A stretch of DNA of 64,000 nucleotides from an uncultured Nitrospiraceae bacterium (GCA_963730935.1 CAVSTP010000003.1:542292-606291), one strand, 5' to 3'. Counted from the stretch's first letter, positions 10,363 to 19,108 are shown. Notes: generated by a model from the letters alone, not told the origin. Program-made: numbers and translations.

Positions 10363-10593
10363 ATGATCATGTCTGAAGAACGGTCATGTGAAGGAACGAC
10401 ATGTGAAAGGCGGCTTTTGGAAATTCTGCGTCAACAAGGACCGCAGACGCTCGACACTTTGTGCGAACTGCCGGAATTCACGTGGGCGCAGGTACTGCTG
10501 GCCGTCGATCACCTGAGCCGCTCCAGGGATATCTTGCTGGAGCTGGTCGGACCGCGAGAGTACCAAGTCTCGTTGGCGGAAAGGCGAGCGTGA
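10363..10593 (+). CDS. Small (76 aa) hypothetical protein, winged-helix/FeoC-like by eye, translationally coupled to the downstream Amt
   Basis: Strong RBS AAAGGAGG 6 nt before the ATG. The sequence is helical and protein-like (RRLLEILRQQGPQTLDTLCELPEFTWAQVLLAVDHLSRSRDILLELVG) with three Cys. Its stop TGA (10591-10593) overlaps the GTG (10590) of the next gene. Confidence 0.65.
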   Translation: MIMSEERSCEGTTCERRLLEILRQQGPQTLDTLCELPEFTWAQVLLAVDHLSRSRDILLELVGPREYQVSLAERRA

Positions 10594-11756
10594 GGGCGCC
10601 AGGCGATCAGACGCTGTGGCTGTTGGTGTCCTCGACGCTGCTGGCGTTGGCCGTGCCAGGCGTCGCGCTGTTTTACGGCGGCATGGTGAGAAAGAAAAAC
10701 ATCATGAACACGATCGCGCTCCCGTTTGTCGCGCTGGCGGTCGTATCGCTCGCATGGACGCTCGTCGGCAGCGGCTGGGCAGCCTGGAACGGGGCCGAAC
10801 ACGCCGCGGGTCATGAAGAGGCGCTGCGTTCGTTGTATCGAGGCATGATGGCGTCGGTCGCCCTGGCTTTGGTGGCCGGAGGCATCGTTGAGCGTATCCG
10901 CTTTTCGTTCTTTCTCGTCTTCGGACTCTGTTGGGTGGCAACGGTCTATGTTCCATTAGCGCAATCGTTATGGGGAGTGAACGGGTGGCTGGCAAATCTC
11001 GGCAGCCTGGACTTTGCGGGGGGCGCAGTGATCCACATTAGTGCCGGTGTTAGCGCGCTGGTGATGGCGATCACCATCGGGCCGCGGCATGGATATGGAC
11101 GCATCGACATGATGCCGAACCATTTGCCGTTCTCCTTCTGCGGGGCCGCGTTCATGTGGGTGGGCTGGTTCGGATTCACCGGAGCCGCCGCATCAGTGTC
11201 GATGGCGGTGGTGACCAGCGCCTTTGTGGCCATCCAGTTGTCGACGGTCGCCGCGGCGCTTGCCTGGATGGCAGTCGAGTGGCTCCAGCGGGATAAGCCG
11301 ACGGCCTTGGGAGCCATGAGCGGCGCCGTCGCAGGCCTGGTGGCCATCGCGCCGGCGGCAGGCTACGTGAGCCCGTTGTCTTCGCTCGTGATCGGCGTAG
11401 GAGCGGGAGGCCTCTGCTACATGGTGGTCAATTACGTAAAGCTCATTCTGGGGTACGACGACTCCCTGGATGTCTTCGGAATGCACGGGGTTGGAGGCAC
11501 CTGGGGGATGATTGCGACCGGTTTGTTTGCATCGACTGAAGTCAACGCAGGGGGAAGCGACGGGTTGTTCTACGGATATCCATATCAGTTTTTCGCTCAG
11601 GTGGTGGCCGCCCTTGCCGCGTGGGTCGTGGCCGGCGTGATGACCTGGCTGTTGGTGAAGGTTCTCACGATGATCGTCGCGCCGCGCGTCGACGAAGAGG
11701 CGGAACGGATGGGATTGGATCTTCATCAACACGGTGAGAAAGGCTACACGGGGTAA
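10590..11756 (+). CDS. amt: Ammonium transporter paralog (Amt family) without signal peptide
   Basis: GTG 10590 is the only start that preserves the conserved TM1 (DQTLWLLVSSTLLALAVPGVALFYGGMVRKKN). Amt blocks DFAGGAVIHISAG and DVFGMHGVGGTWG are present. The part of the ORF upstream of 10590 is Arg/Gly-rich and not protein-like. Confidence 0.9.
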   Translation: MRAPGDQTLWLLVSSTLLALAVPGVALFYGGMVRKKNIMNTIALPFVALAVVSLAWTLVGSGWAAWNGAEHAAGHEEALRSLYRGMMASVALALVAGGIVERIRFSFFLVFGLCWVATVYVPLAQSLWGVNGWLANLGSLDFAGGAVIHISAGVSALVMAITIGPRHGYGRIDMMPNHLPFSFCGAAFMWVGWFGFTGAAASVSMAVVTSAFVAIQLSTVAAALAWMAVEWLQRDKPTALGAMSGAVAGLVAIAPAAGYVSPLSSLVIGVGAGGLCYMVVNYVKLILGYDDSLDVFGMHGVGGTWGMIATGLFASTEVNAGGSDGLFYGYPYQFFAQVVAALAAWVVAGVMTWLLVKVLTMIVAPRVDEEAERMGLDLHQHGEKGYTG

Positions 11757-11760
11757 GGCC

Positions 11761-12207
11761 ATGGCCATTGTACACGACGATATCGGGCGGCGCCGTTTCC
11801 TGAGCCAGGCCGTGATGGGATTTGGGATGCTGTTCGGCATTGGCACGCTCGGCTTCCGCTTCCTGCAGTTTCTCTTACCGACACAGACCCGCAGGGAATC
11901 GGAGGCCGTGCTGATCGGCGCGGAGTCCCGCATTCCGCTTGGAGAAGCCGTGCCCATGGATCTTGGCGGCCGCAAGATTCTGGTGTTGAGGACAGAAGAC
12001 GGTGTCGCGGCCTTTTCTCGACGCTGCACGGACCTGGGCTGCCTCGTGTCGTGGAACAAGGAGCGGTCGCAGTTCATCTGCCCCTGCCATCAGGGCACGT
12101 TCGACCGCACCGGTCTGAACATTGCCGGGCCTCCTCCCCGGCCGTTGGACCGGTTGCAGATCGTCAAACGTGGCGAGCAGTTATACGTGAATATTCAGGC
12201 GACGTAG
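11761..12207 (+). CDS. Rieske-type [2Fe-2S] protein with Tat signal; first cluster box reads C-T-D-L-G-C instead of C-x-H-x-G-C
   Basis: RRRFLSQAVMGFGML is a Tat motif plus TM anchor. Box 1 is CTDLGC (12025-12042) and box 2 is CPCHQG (12079-12096). It starts 4 nt after the amt stop and is followed by cytochrome b. Confidence 0.85.
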   Translation: MAIVHDDIGRRRFLSQAVMGFGMLFGIGTLGFRFLQFLLPTQTRRESEAVLIGAESRIPLGEAVPMDLGGRKILVLRTEDGVAAFSRRCTDLGCLVSWNKERSQFICPCHQGTFDRTGLNIAGPPPRPLDRLQIVKRGEQLYVNIQAT

Positions 12208-12247
12208 CGAGACTCCGAAATCATCACCTATTCCGTAGGGTGAACGC

Positions 12248-13273
12248 GTGGCATCGACTGTTTCCGAGAATGCGAAACAAGAACCGGGCGAAAAATCCTG
12301 GGTGGATTACATCCAGAAGGACCTGCCCCAGCATCTTGATTGGTGGCCCTATACGCTGGGAGCGCTGCCGCTGACCCTATTCGGCCTCTTGGTCGGGACC
12401 GGTCTGCTGCTGACGTTTTATTACGTGCCGTCACCGGAACGAGCCTATGAGAGCGTCGATGAGATTACCAACGAGATCTACCTCGGGTGGTTCGTGCGGG
12501 GCCTGCACAAGACCTCGGTGGATCTCATGATCCTGTTCTTGTTCTTCCATGTCATCCGAGTGTTCATCACGCGTGCCTATCGAACGCCCGGCGAGCTGAA
12601 GTGGGTGAGCGGCTCGATCGTGCTGTTCGTCACGCTGGCGATGGGGTTCACTGGCTATTCGCTCATCTTCGACAACGTCTCCTATTGGGGCATGACGGTC
12701 GTGACCAACATGATCGGGACGCTTCCGGTAATCGGCACCCCGCTGCTCCATCTGTTGCGAGGTGGTGAGGAAGTCTCGGGCGTCACGTTATTGCGACTGT
12801 ACGACCTCCATACCAAGCTGCTGCCCGTGTTATTGGGCGGGCTGGTCCTCGGCCATGTGGTGATCGTACGCCTGTTGGGGTTTGCGGAGGTGAAAGGCAG
12901 CCGCGGGTTCCATTCCTTCTACCCCGAGCACACCTTGAAGATGGGCGCCATGGCGACGGGACTGCTTTTGTTAATCGTCAATATCGTCATGATCTTTCCG
13001 CCGCTGTTGGGACCGCCGGCTAACGTCCAGGAGGTGGCATCAGACGTGTCGCCCCCCTGGTATTTTTCCGCGCCGTTCATGTGGATTACCTTGCTGCCTG
13101 GCCCTCTGGCGCTGTGGAGCCTCCTCGGCTTTGCCGGGCTCTTTGTCGTGTATCCCTTTCTGGACCGGGTGCTGGATGAACGCGGATGGCCGATGGAGAT
13201 CGTCAATGCCCTTGTGGCAGCCACCGTGGTCTGCGCGATGGCAGGACTGATGTATCTCGATACGCTGATGTGA
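12248..13273 (+). CDS. Cytochrome b (b6-like, fused with a subunit-IV-like C-terminal part)
   Basis: Helix B His pair is spaced 14 residues (GLHKTSVDLMILFLFFH) and helix D His pair 15 (LHTKLLPVLLGGLVLGH), the b6-type spacing. The Qo motif is PPWY, a PEWY variant. GTG start. Confidence 0.88.
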   Translation: MASTVSENAKQEPGEKSWVDYIQKDLPQHLDWWPYTLGALPLTLFGLLVGTGLLLTFYYVPSPERAYESVDEITNEIYLGWFVRGLHKTSVDLMILFLFFHVIRVFITRAYRTPGELKWVSGSIVLFVTLAMGFTGYSLIFDNVSYWGMTVVTNMIGTLPVIGTPLLHLLRGGEEVSGVTLLRLYDLHTKLLPVLLGGLVLGHVVIVRLLGFAEVKGSRGFHSFYPEHTLKMGAMATGLLLLIVNIVMIFPPLLGPPANVQEVASDVSPPWYFSAPFMWITLLPGPLALWSLLGFAGLFVVYPFLDRVLDERGWPMEIVNALVAATVVCAMAGLMYLDTLM

Positions 13274-13321
13274 AGATTGGGCGCTCAGCCGTCCGCTTTT
13301 GATGGCTTACAAGGAGGTTAC

Positions 13322-14752
13322 ATGGACGAGCGCAATAGACAGCCTGATGAACGTGAGGACGAACATGCCCGTTCGAGCAACGGCAAGAAAAACTTCGCCC
13401 GCTATATGATCGGCGGGCTCTGCCTGATCCTCTTTCTCGCACTCACGGGCGTCGGCTATGTCCAGGTCGAAGAGCGGCGAGGCGGCGGTCTCCGGCCGTT
13501 TGTTTCCGGAGAAAACAAGAAATGCATCGACTGCCACATGGCCAAAGACGTCGCCGTGGGGGGCATCAACGATTGGAAAGTCAGCCGCCATGCGCCGAAG
13601 GGGATCGGCTGCGTCGAATGCCATCGGGCTGAGAAGGGCGAAGCGGACGCCTACGACCACGAGGGATTTCTCATCTCGACGCTCGTCACTCCCAAGGATT
13701 GCATGCGATGCCACGATCGAGAGGCCAAGGAATTTGCCAAGTCCCATCACGCCAAAGCTGCGCAGTTTACCGGCTCATTGGACAATTTTCTGGGCAACGT
13801 CGTCGAAGGTCCGGAGATCGTGACCACCGGGTGCGCCGGCTGTCACGGCAGCGTGGTGAAGGTGATGGAGAAGGGCAAGCTCCATCCGGCCACCTGGCCC
13901 AACTCCGGCATCGGGCGGGTGAATCCCGACGGCTCGAAAGGCACCTGCTCCGCTTGTCATGCACGGCATAGCTTCTCGGTAGCCCAAGCCAGGCAGCCGG
14001 AGAGCTGCGGCCGCTGCCACATGGGGCCCGACCATCCGCAGATTGAAGCCTATTATGAAAGCAAGCATGGCGTCATGTACGAGGCCAACAAGGAGAAGAT
14101 GAAGCTCGCGGACCCGACGGAGAAGTGGCATCCAGGCAAGGATTATCTGTATCCCACCTGCGCTACCTGTCACATGAGCGCGACGGGGACACAGGAGGTG
14201 ACGCACGATGTGGGAGACCGTATCAGCTGGACGCTACGGCCGGTGATCTCCACGCGTCTCGAGAACTACGAAGACCGGCGCAAAGCCATGCGGCAAGTCT
14301 GCGCGTCGTGCCATAGCGAACAGATCGTGGACCGGTTCTTTACCTCGATGGACCAGGGCATCAACCTGTACAACGACAAATTCGGCAAACCTGCGAAAGT
14401 AGCGATGGACCAGCTGCTGGCCATGAAGAAGCTTACGCCAACGCCATACGACGAAAAGATCGAATGGATCTTCTATGAATTGTGGCACCACGAGGGACGG
14501 CGCGCGCGGCACGGGCTGTCCAAGATCGCGCCTGATTACGTCCACTGGCAGGGGTTCTACGAAGTGGCCAAGACGTTCTACACCAAGTTTCTCCCGCTGG
14601 TGCGGGAGCTGTCGCCGCAGGTGGCGGAGGAGATGCTTCGTCATGAGAGCCACCGCTGGATCGAAAAAGGCATGACAAAGGAAGAAATTGGCCAGATGTT
14701 GGAGTTCTATAACAAGGAAATGCAGGGAAAGAGGGGAGGAGTGGATGGGTAG
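13322..14752 (+). CDS. Membrane-anchored octaheme cytochrome c, hydroxylamine-oxidoreductase (HAO)-like family; candidate periplasmic nitrite reductase
   Basis: Eight CxxCH motifs (CIDCH, CVECH, CMRCH, CAGCH, CSACH, CGRCH, CATCH, CASCH), an N-terminal TM helix (YMIGGLCLILFLALTGVGYV) and an HAO-family-like WHHEGRRARHG block. RBS AAGGAGG lies before ATG 13322. Confidence 0.85.
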   Translation: MDERNRQPDEREDEHARSSNGKKNFARYMIGGLCLILFLALTGVGYVQVEERRGGGLRPFVSGENKKCIDCHMAKDVAVGGINDWKVSRHAPKGIGCVECHRAEKGEADAYDHEGFLISTLVTPKDCMRCHDREAKEFAKSHHAKAAQFTGSLDNFLGNVVEGPEIVTTGCAGCHGSVVKVMEKGKLHPATWPNSGIGRVNPDGSKGTCSACHARHSFSVAQARQPESCGRCHMGPDHPQIEAYYESKHGVMYEANKEKMKLADPTEKWHPGKDYLYPTCATCHMSATGTQEVTHDVGDRISWTLRPVISTRLENYEDRRKAMRQVCASCHSEQIVDRFFTSMDQGINLYNDKFGKPAKVAMDQLLAMKKLTPTPYDEKIEWIFYELWHHEGRRARHGLSKIAPDYVHWQGFYEVAKTFYTKFLPLVRELSPQVAEEMLRHESHRWIEKGMTKEEIGQMLEFYNKEMQGKRGGVDG

Positions 14753-14769
14753 GCTCCACGCTGTTCCCC

Positions 14770-14798
14770 TTGAGCAACGTCCGCGGTTGCGCTATCCT
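14770..14798 (+). promoter_or_regulatory. Candidate sigma70-type promoter for the CBS-domain gene
   Basis: TTGAGC (14770-14775), 17-nt spacer, TATCCT (14793-14798), 27 nt before ATG 14825. Confidence 0.3.
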
Positions 14799-14824
14799 GC
14801 GTCTCGCCATTCAAGAGGGACGCA

Positions 14825-15580
14825 ATGCCAAAACGGGTTCGCAGTGGGTTAACACGTACTGACATTCTTCACCGCTACGTGGAGCGGTTCAGACAACAAC
14901 TGATCAAGCTGCGGCTGTTCCTCTCCCGCAAGCGGAGCACGACGACCATTGAGGACTTTGATGAGGCGGCGGAAGAGCTGATCAGCCAGGTGTTCGGAGC
15001 TGCCTCGGATGAAGCCGAGGCCTATTTCTACGCTAAGAGTGGGGAGTCCGCCTTATTGCCTGAGGAGGCCCAGGAAAACGGAACGCACGACGTTGAGCGT
15101 GAAAGCCTCCAACAACGCCGGCAAGTATTGGAAAGTTGCCTGGCCGATCTCGAGATGCGTCGCGTGGTGCAGGCAGCACGACATGGCAACGGCAAAGAAT
15201 TTTCAAAGTCGAAAGTCGAAGACTACATGTCCCACGACGTGCGCAGCATCCATCGAGCGGCCACCATTAAGGAAGCCGGGCTGCTGTTTCAGAAATACAA
15301 GGTGGGTTCGCTGATCGTGGACGACGGATCCCGCTATATCGGCATCGTCACGGATTCCGATCTCAGTCGAAAAGCCGTCGCCAAGGGTCTGGACCCAAAC
15401 ACGACGACCGTCACGTCCTGTATGAGCAAATCGCTCGTGACGATCGAAGAAGACGAGTTGCTGTCGGAAGCCATGGGGCTGATGAAAAAGCAGGGGATCC
15501 GTCACCTGCCCGTGACCGCCGACGGCACGATCATCGGCGTGTTGTCCGTCGCGGACCTCCTTCGCGCCTTGACCGACTGA
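14825..15580 (+). CDS. CBS-domain pair protein with an uncharacterised ~125-aa N-terminal region
   Basis: The C-terminal half has two CBS repeats (VEDYMSHDVRSIHRAATIKEAGLLFQKYKVGSLIVDD... / CMSKSLVTIEEDELLSEAMGLMKKQGIRHLPVTADGTIIGVLS). Confidence 0.8.
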   Translation: MPKRVRSGLTRTDILHRYVERFRQQLIKLRLFLSRKRSTTTIEDFDEAAEELISQVFGAASDEAEAYFYAKSGESALLPEEAQENGTHDVERESLQQRRQVLESCLADLEMRRVVQAARHGNGKEFSKSKVEDYMSHDVRSIHRAATIKEAGLLFQKYKVGSLIVDDGSRYIGIVTDSDLSRKAVAKGLDPNTTTVTSCMSKSLVTIEEDELLSEAMGLMKKQGIRHLPVTADGTIIGVLSVADLLRALTD

Positions 15581-15599
15581 CCGGCCTCCTGGTCAGTCG
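15574..15599. terminator. Hairpin overlapping the stop codon of the CBS gene
   Basis: 9-bp stem CGACTGACC / GGTCAGTCG with an 8-nt loop. No clear T-run follows, so the function is uncertain. Confidence 0.3.
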
Positions 15600-15926
15600 C
15601 GCGCAGAGACTTCTTCCTCAAAAGCCTGAACCTCCCCATCAATTGTTTGGCTACGGCGACCCGGCGCGATCATCGGCCCGAGCGTTGGCGCCGATAGAAT
15701 CGGACACCACACCGATTGCAGTGCCAGGGGGGAACATACCCAACAGACGGAAGAGAAAATCCTGCCAACTGTGACGGGTGGCACGATGGCATTCTTCTGA
15801 TGAACAGTACCGGCAGTGCATCCGGGACGCTGGGCTGTATCTGCCGCCTCTCTCCAGCATGAGCCACTCGGTTGTCACTCGCTCCGCTCGCGCCGCCTGG
15901 AGGATCGGCCGCGTGAGATAAGAAGG

Positions 15927-16328
15927 TTAAGAAGAGACGGGAGTCAGCATGTTCGCATCGCGAGCCAGCACCCATTTGCCGTGGTGCTTCTTGAGCACCG
16001 ATAGCGTATGACCCGCACGGGTCACGGATGAGCCGCCGGCCGACGGTGTCATGACGACTGAAAGCTTGGTCCAGATGAAGGCCCACTCGCCGAGAACGGT
16101 GATTTCTTGGATCTCGCTGGTCCCGTCGAACTTCGGTGCGTCTTTTCCCATTTGAGCACCTGCTGCCGCCGCAAAGTCGGCCTTGCGCATGGGTGGCTGG
16201 CCAGGCATGAGAAATACGACGTCATCGGACATCAAGGATAGAACCTTCTCGATGTCACCGGCCTTAGTGGCCGCGATCCAGGTGGACACTAATTCACGAA
16301 TCTGCTGCTCATCGCTCTGAGTGGACAT
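15927..16328 (-). CDS. NTF2-fold protein (SnoaL-like / DUF4440 family)
   Basis: 133 aa. The pattern IRELVSTWIAATKAGDIEKVLSLMSDDVVFLMPGQPPM ... KKHHGKWVLARDANM is typical of DUF4440/SgcJ-type NTF2-like proteins. Confidence 0.7.
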   Translation of the reverse strand: MSTQSDEQQIRELVSTWIAATKAGDIEKVLSLMSDDVVFLMPGQPPMRKADFAAAAGAQMGKDAPKFDGTSEIQEITVLGEWAFIWTKLSVVMTPSAGGSSVTRAGHTLSVLKKHHGKWVLARDANMLTPVSS

Positions 16329-16503
16329 GGCCCCGCAAGGCTATTCTTGGGAACCAAGTCGAGTCAACTGGTAGAAGGCGTTGGTGTGACCGGTTGGAGG
16401 GCGGAGAGGACGTCGCTCCTGTCAGGAATTTTCAGCGTGCGAGCGGTAATGATGGGCTACAGGGAGCGGATTGATCCAGATCCGATCCGCTCTCCTTGCG
16501 GCT

Positions 16504-17559
16504 TCAAGCTTTCCTGGGGGACAGCCTCTCCTCTTTCCCAAAATTCCAGATCGTTTCCGCTTTGCTGCCGATGTACCAGAAGCTGGCTGCCAGCAGCGCG
16601 AAGAAAATCGCCTTATGGAGGTTGTTCCAAAATAATTCGAAGAAGCGGGTATAGAGGTTGATGCCCAGGAATGTGACGCCGAAGCCTTTGGTGATATCGT
16701 TGTCGTGCCGCAAGCCGTGATAGATCGCCCACCCCGCCACCGCTGCGAACAGGATCGACCAATGGAACAGCTCGATCTGCTTCACCCGTTCCCACGCATG
16801 CATGTCTCCATAATTGCCGAATATGGACATGATCCATAACGCAATGAAGAGATAGAGCAGGCCCATGACCAGCGTGCTGCGATGGAATCGTGCCGCCACC
16901 GGATGGGGTTCCAAGGCCAACGCGCATCCCGTCAGCACGGTGCCGAAGAGGACGAAGCGTAGCGGATAGTTCATTCCCAGATAATAGGCTCCCCAGCCGG
17001 ACATATAGCCGGTCTCCGTTCCCATCCAGCCGCCGAGTGAAGCCAGTGCAAACACCCAGATCAGATTCGATTCCAGCGCGACGCCGAGGATGGCGTAGAC
17101 GAGAAACGACAGCAGCAGCAACAGCGAATAGTGGCCGCTGCCCGTATCAAGCGCCGCCCCGAGCTGTGATACAGCGCCGGCGGTCGTCAGCACGCCGAGA
17201 AAGAAGATCGCTTCGTTGCGATAGACACGATCCGGAGCCTGTTGCCGCTTGCTGAGTCCCAGGCGGTACAATCCTGCCGCCACGACAGCCAGGACCGCGC
17301 ATTTAAGCAAGGGAGGGGCCTTGAAGATAACTTCGAGCAAATCTTGAAGCATCCGATCGGAGAGCGCCGCACTGACCGACGAAATGATCGAGAAGAGCGC
17401 AATCCAGAACGAGTACTTGGCCAACTTCCGCCAATCGAAATACTGCACTTCAATCGTGCCGGCAAGTATTGCGGCCTGCGCCTCAGGAATCACGCCGTCC
17501 TGTTTCCATCGTGCGATGGCCTCTTGGACCACGGCAGCCTGCTTGCGGGGAAGCTTCAT
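16504..17559 (-). CDS. Polytopic membrane protein (DUF2157-like)
   Basis: 351 aa. A soluble N-terminal helix (VQEAIARWKQDGVIPEAQAAIL) is followed by about 9 predicted TM segments. The family assignment is by recollection only. Confidence 0.6.
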   Translation of the reverse strand: MKLPRKQAAVVQEAIARWKQDGVIPEAQAAILAGTIEVQYFDWRKLAKYSFWIALFSIISSVSAALSDRMLQDLLEVIFKAPPLLKCAVLAVVAAGLYRLGLSKRQQAPDRVYRNEAIFFLGVLTTAGAVSQLGAALDTGSGHYSLLLLLSFLVYAILGVALESNLIWVFALASLGGWMGTETGYMSGWGAYYLGMNYPLRFVLFGTVLTGCALALEPHPVAARFHRSTLVMGLLYLFIALWIMSIFGNYGDMHAWERVKQIELFHWSILFAAVAGWAIYHGLRHDNDITKGFGVTFLGINLYTRFFELFWNNLHKAIFFALLAASFWYIGSKAETIWNFGKEERLSPRKA

Positions 17560-17739
17560 GGCGGGCCCTCGTTGAGGTGAGAAGCGAGTGGGAATCGGGT
17601 GAGCCGATTATAGAGCGGATTGGAATTACCAGCTATCGAAAGGAGAAATGGTGCGCCAGCTCGCAACGAAATATGATGCTCCTTCCGAGCTTGCTGGTCC
17701 TTCCTTTCCCTAAAGCTTTTAGAGAGCTCTTCCTCTTTG

Positions 17740-17836
17740 GCGGGTGACGCTGACCTGGGCGCCCAGTCGCCTGCAGCGGGGTCCCCACACCGGGCGGGGT
17801 GCGAAGCCGACTGGGCTGGTCAGCGGCAGGACCCGC
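17740..17836 (-). repeat. Palindromic 3'-UTR repeat, short form (97 nt), copy A
   Basis: On the minus strand it reads GCGGGTCCTGCCGCTGACC...CCCGCCCGGTGTGGGGACCCCGCT...GGTCAGCGTCACCCGC and begins 21 nt after the mltC-like stop. It aligns over its whole length with 42791-42887. Confidence 0.85.
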
Positions 17837-17857
17837 CTTTCTTGTTCCTCTCACAGC

Positions 17858-19108
17858 TCAATTCGCTCCTCCCGCGCTCACATAGCTCTTTCGGTACGTG
17901 GTGACCTTTTCCAAATAATTGCGGGTTTCTTGATAGGGAAGATCGGCCCGTAACTTGTCGTAGAGGACGGCGGGTTGAAGGCCATTGATCTGCTGTACGG
18001 CGGTTGTCCGATTCTTGGAGAAGGTACGCAGGACGTTGCCGGGGCCCGTGTTGTACGCGGCGATCACACAATATTCGCGCGAAACCTCGTTGGCCACCTC
18101 CTCCAGTTGATTGAACGTGAGCACGTTCAGATAGGCCGTGCCGAGCTCCACGTTGTTCTGGGGGTCAAAGAGATAGTCCCTGGTTGGCGCGACATCCTCT
18201 CCCTTCGCCCGGCGATAGGCTTCGCGACCGCCGCTCGTCGGCACCAGTTGCATGAGGCCATAGGCCGGGGCCGAACTGACGGCGTAGGGATTGAAATTGC
18301 TTTCAGTCCTGATGATCGCGAACACCAGGCTCGGACTCATCTTGTACTGTTCGGCATAACGAAGCACCATTGTACGATATTTCTCCGCCTGCTTTTGCGG
18401 AAGGTTCACCACCATGTTCATGTTCACGAACGTGGCTTGTTTCCTGCTTTCGCCCTGTTCGATGACTCTCGTGCCGATTTTCTTGTCCAACAGGTGGTTG
18501 GCGAAGGCTTCCGCCTCAGCCTGCGTGCGTACCGGTTTCCCATGTTGGTCCAACACGAGTCCGAGCAGGTAGGGTTCTTCGTTGTTGTTTACCGGGACCT
18601 CTTTATCCGAAAAGACATCCACCACACGGGGATCCTGCGGCGTCAATAGTGTCATTACCACGGCATGGCTGAGGCTCTCCTGAGGATTCTTTTCATCCAC
18701 CGTTTCCACGGTAATCTGCCCGCGGTCGAAATCGACGATGGCACGGCTTCGATAGTTTTGCGTGTATTTCACATATTTCTTCTTCTCGGGAAGCTTAACT
18801 TCTTTTGGTCCCCACTTTTCTTTGACGTTACCAGTCAGGGCATCGTACAGCGCCTGGAATTCGTGCTGAGCGGCATGAAGGTCCTTGAGCAGCCGTTCAG
18901 GGTCACGCGCATAGTCATCGAGCCGCCCCTTGGCGATCTTTGAAGGGTCTTTCCCTCCAATGAGCGCGACGACATCCCTCCCGGTCCGGCCCGCGACTGC
19001 GTGCTCGGTGGCCTTTAGCATTCGATCCGTCGACTCGCAGCTAAGTAGAGCCAGCGAGAGGAAGGGCAATACAAATACGCGAAGCGTCAGACCCAGCATG
19101 GGGGGCAT
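17858..19108 (-). CDS. mltC: Membrane-bound lytic murein transglycosylase (MltC-like lipoprotein with SLT domain)
   Basis: Lipobox LALLSC. The SLT catalytic region is AIIRTESNFNPYAVSSAPAYGLMQLVP, and the N-terminal domain resembles the MltC-specific DUF3393. Confidence 0.75.
   Translation of the reverse strand: MPPMLGLTLRVFVLPFLSLALLSCESTDRMLKATEHAVAGRTGRDVVALIGGKDPSKIAKGRLDDYARDPERLLKDLHAAQHEFQALYDALTGNVKEKWGPKEVKLPEKKKYVKYTQNYRSRAIVDFDRGQITVETVDEKNPQESLSHAVVMTLLTPQDPRVVDVFSDKEVPVNNNEEPYLLGLVLDQHGKPVRTQAEAEAFANHLLDKKIGTRVIEQGESRKQATFVNMNMVVNLPQKQAEKYRTMVLRYAEQYKMSPSLVFAIIRTESNFNPYAVSSAPAYGLMQLVPTSGGREAYRRAKGEDVAPTRDYLFDPQNNVELGTAYLNVLTFNQLEEVANEVSREYCVIAAYNTGPGNVLRTFSKNRTTAVQQINGLQPAVLYDKLRADLPYQETRNYLEKVTTYRKSYVSAGGAN

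Noticed and set aside
10461-10589. Upstream extension of the third amt ORF (annotated start 10461)
   Set aside because: The extension is Arg/Gly-rich and overlaps the well-supported 76-aa ORF. The conserved Amt TM1 begins right after GTG 10590.
15593-15926. Two overlapping minus-strand ORFs in different frames (15593-15784, 15651-15878) that might be a frameshifted gene remnant between the CBS and NTF2-like genes
   Set aside because: I could not recognise any family in either frame, and the composition is poor. There is not enough evidence to call a pseudogene.
17744-17953. Short ORFs that translate the palindromic repeats (17744-17953, 42554-42883, 56562-56942, 58204-58464, 40956-41171)
   Set aside because: They exist only because the GC-rich repeats lack stops. 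The same 'peptides' (…TPPGVGTP…) appear on whichever strand the repeat lies, and there is no RBS or coding periodicity.
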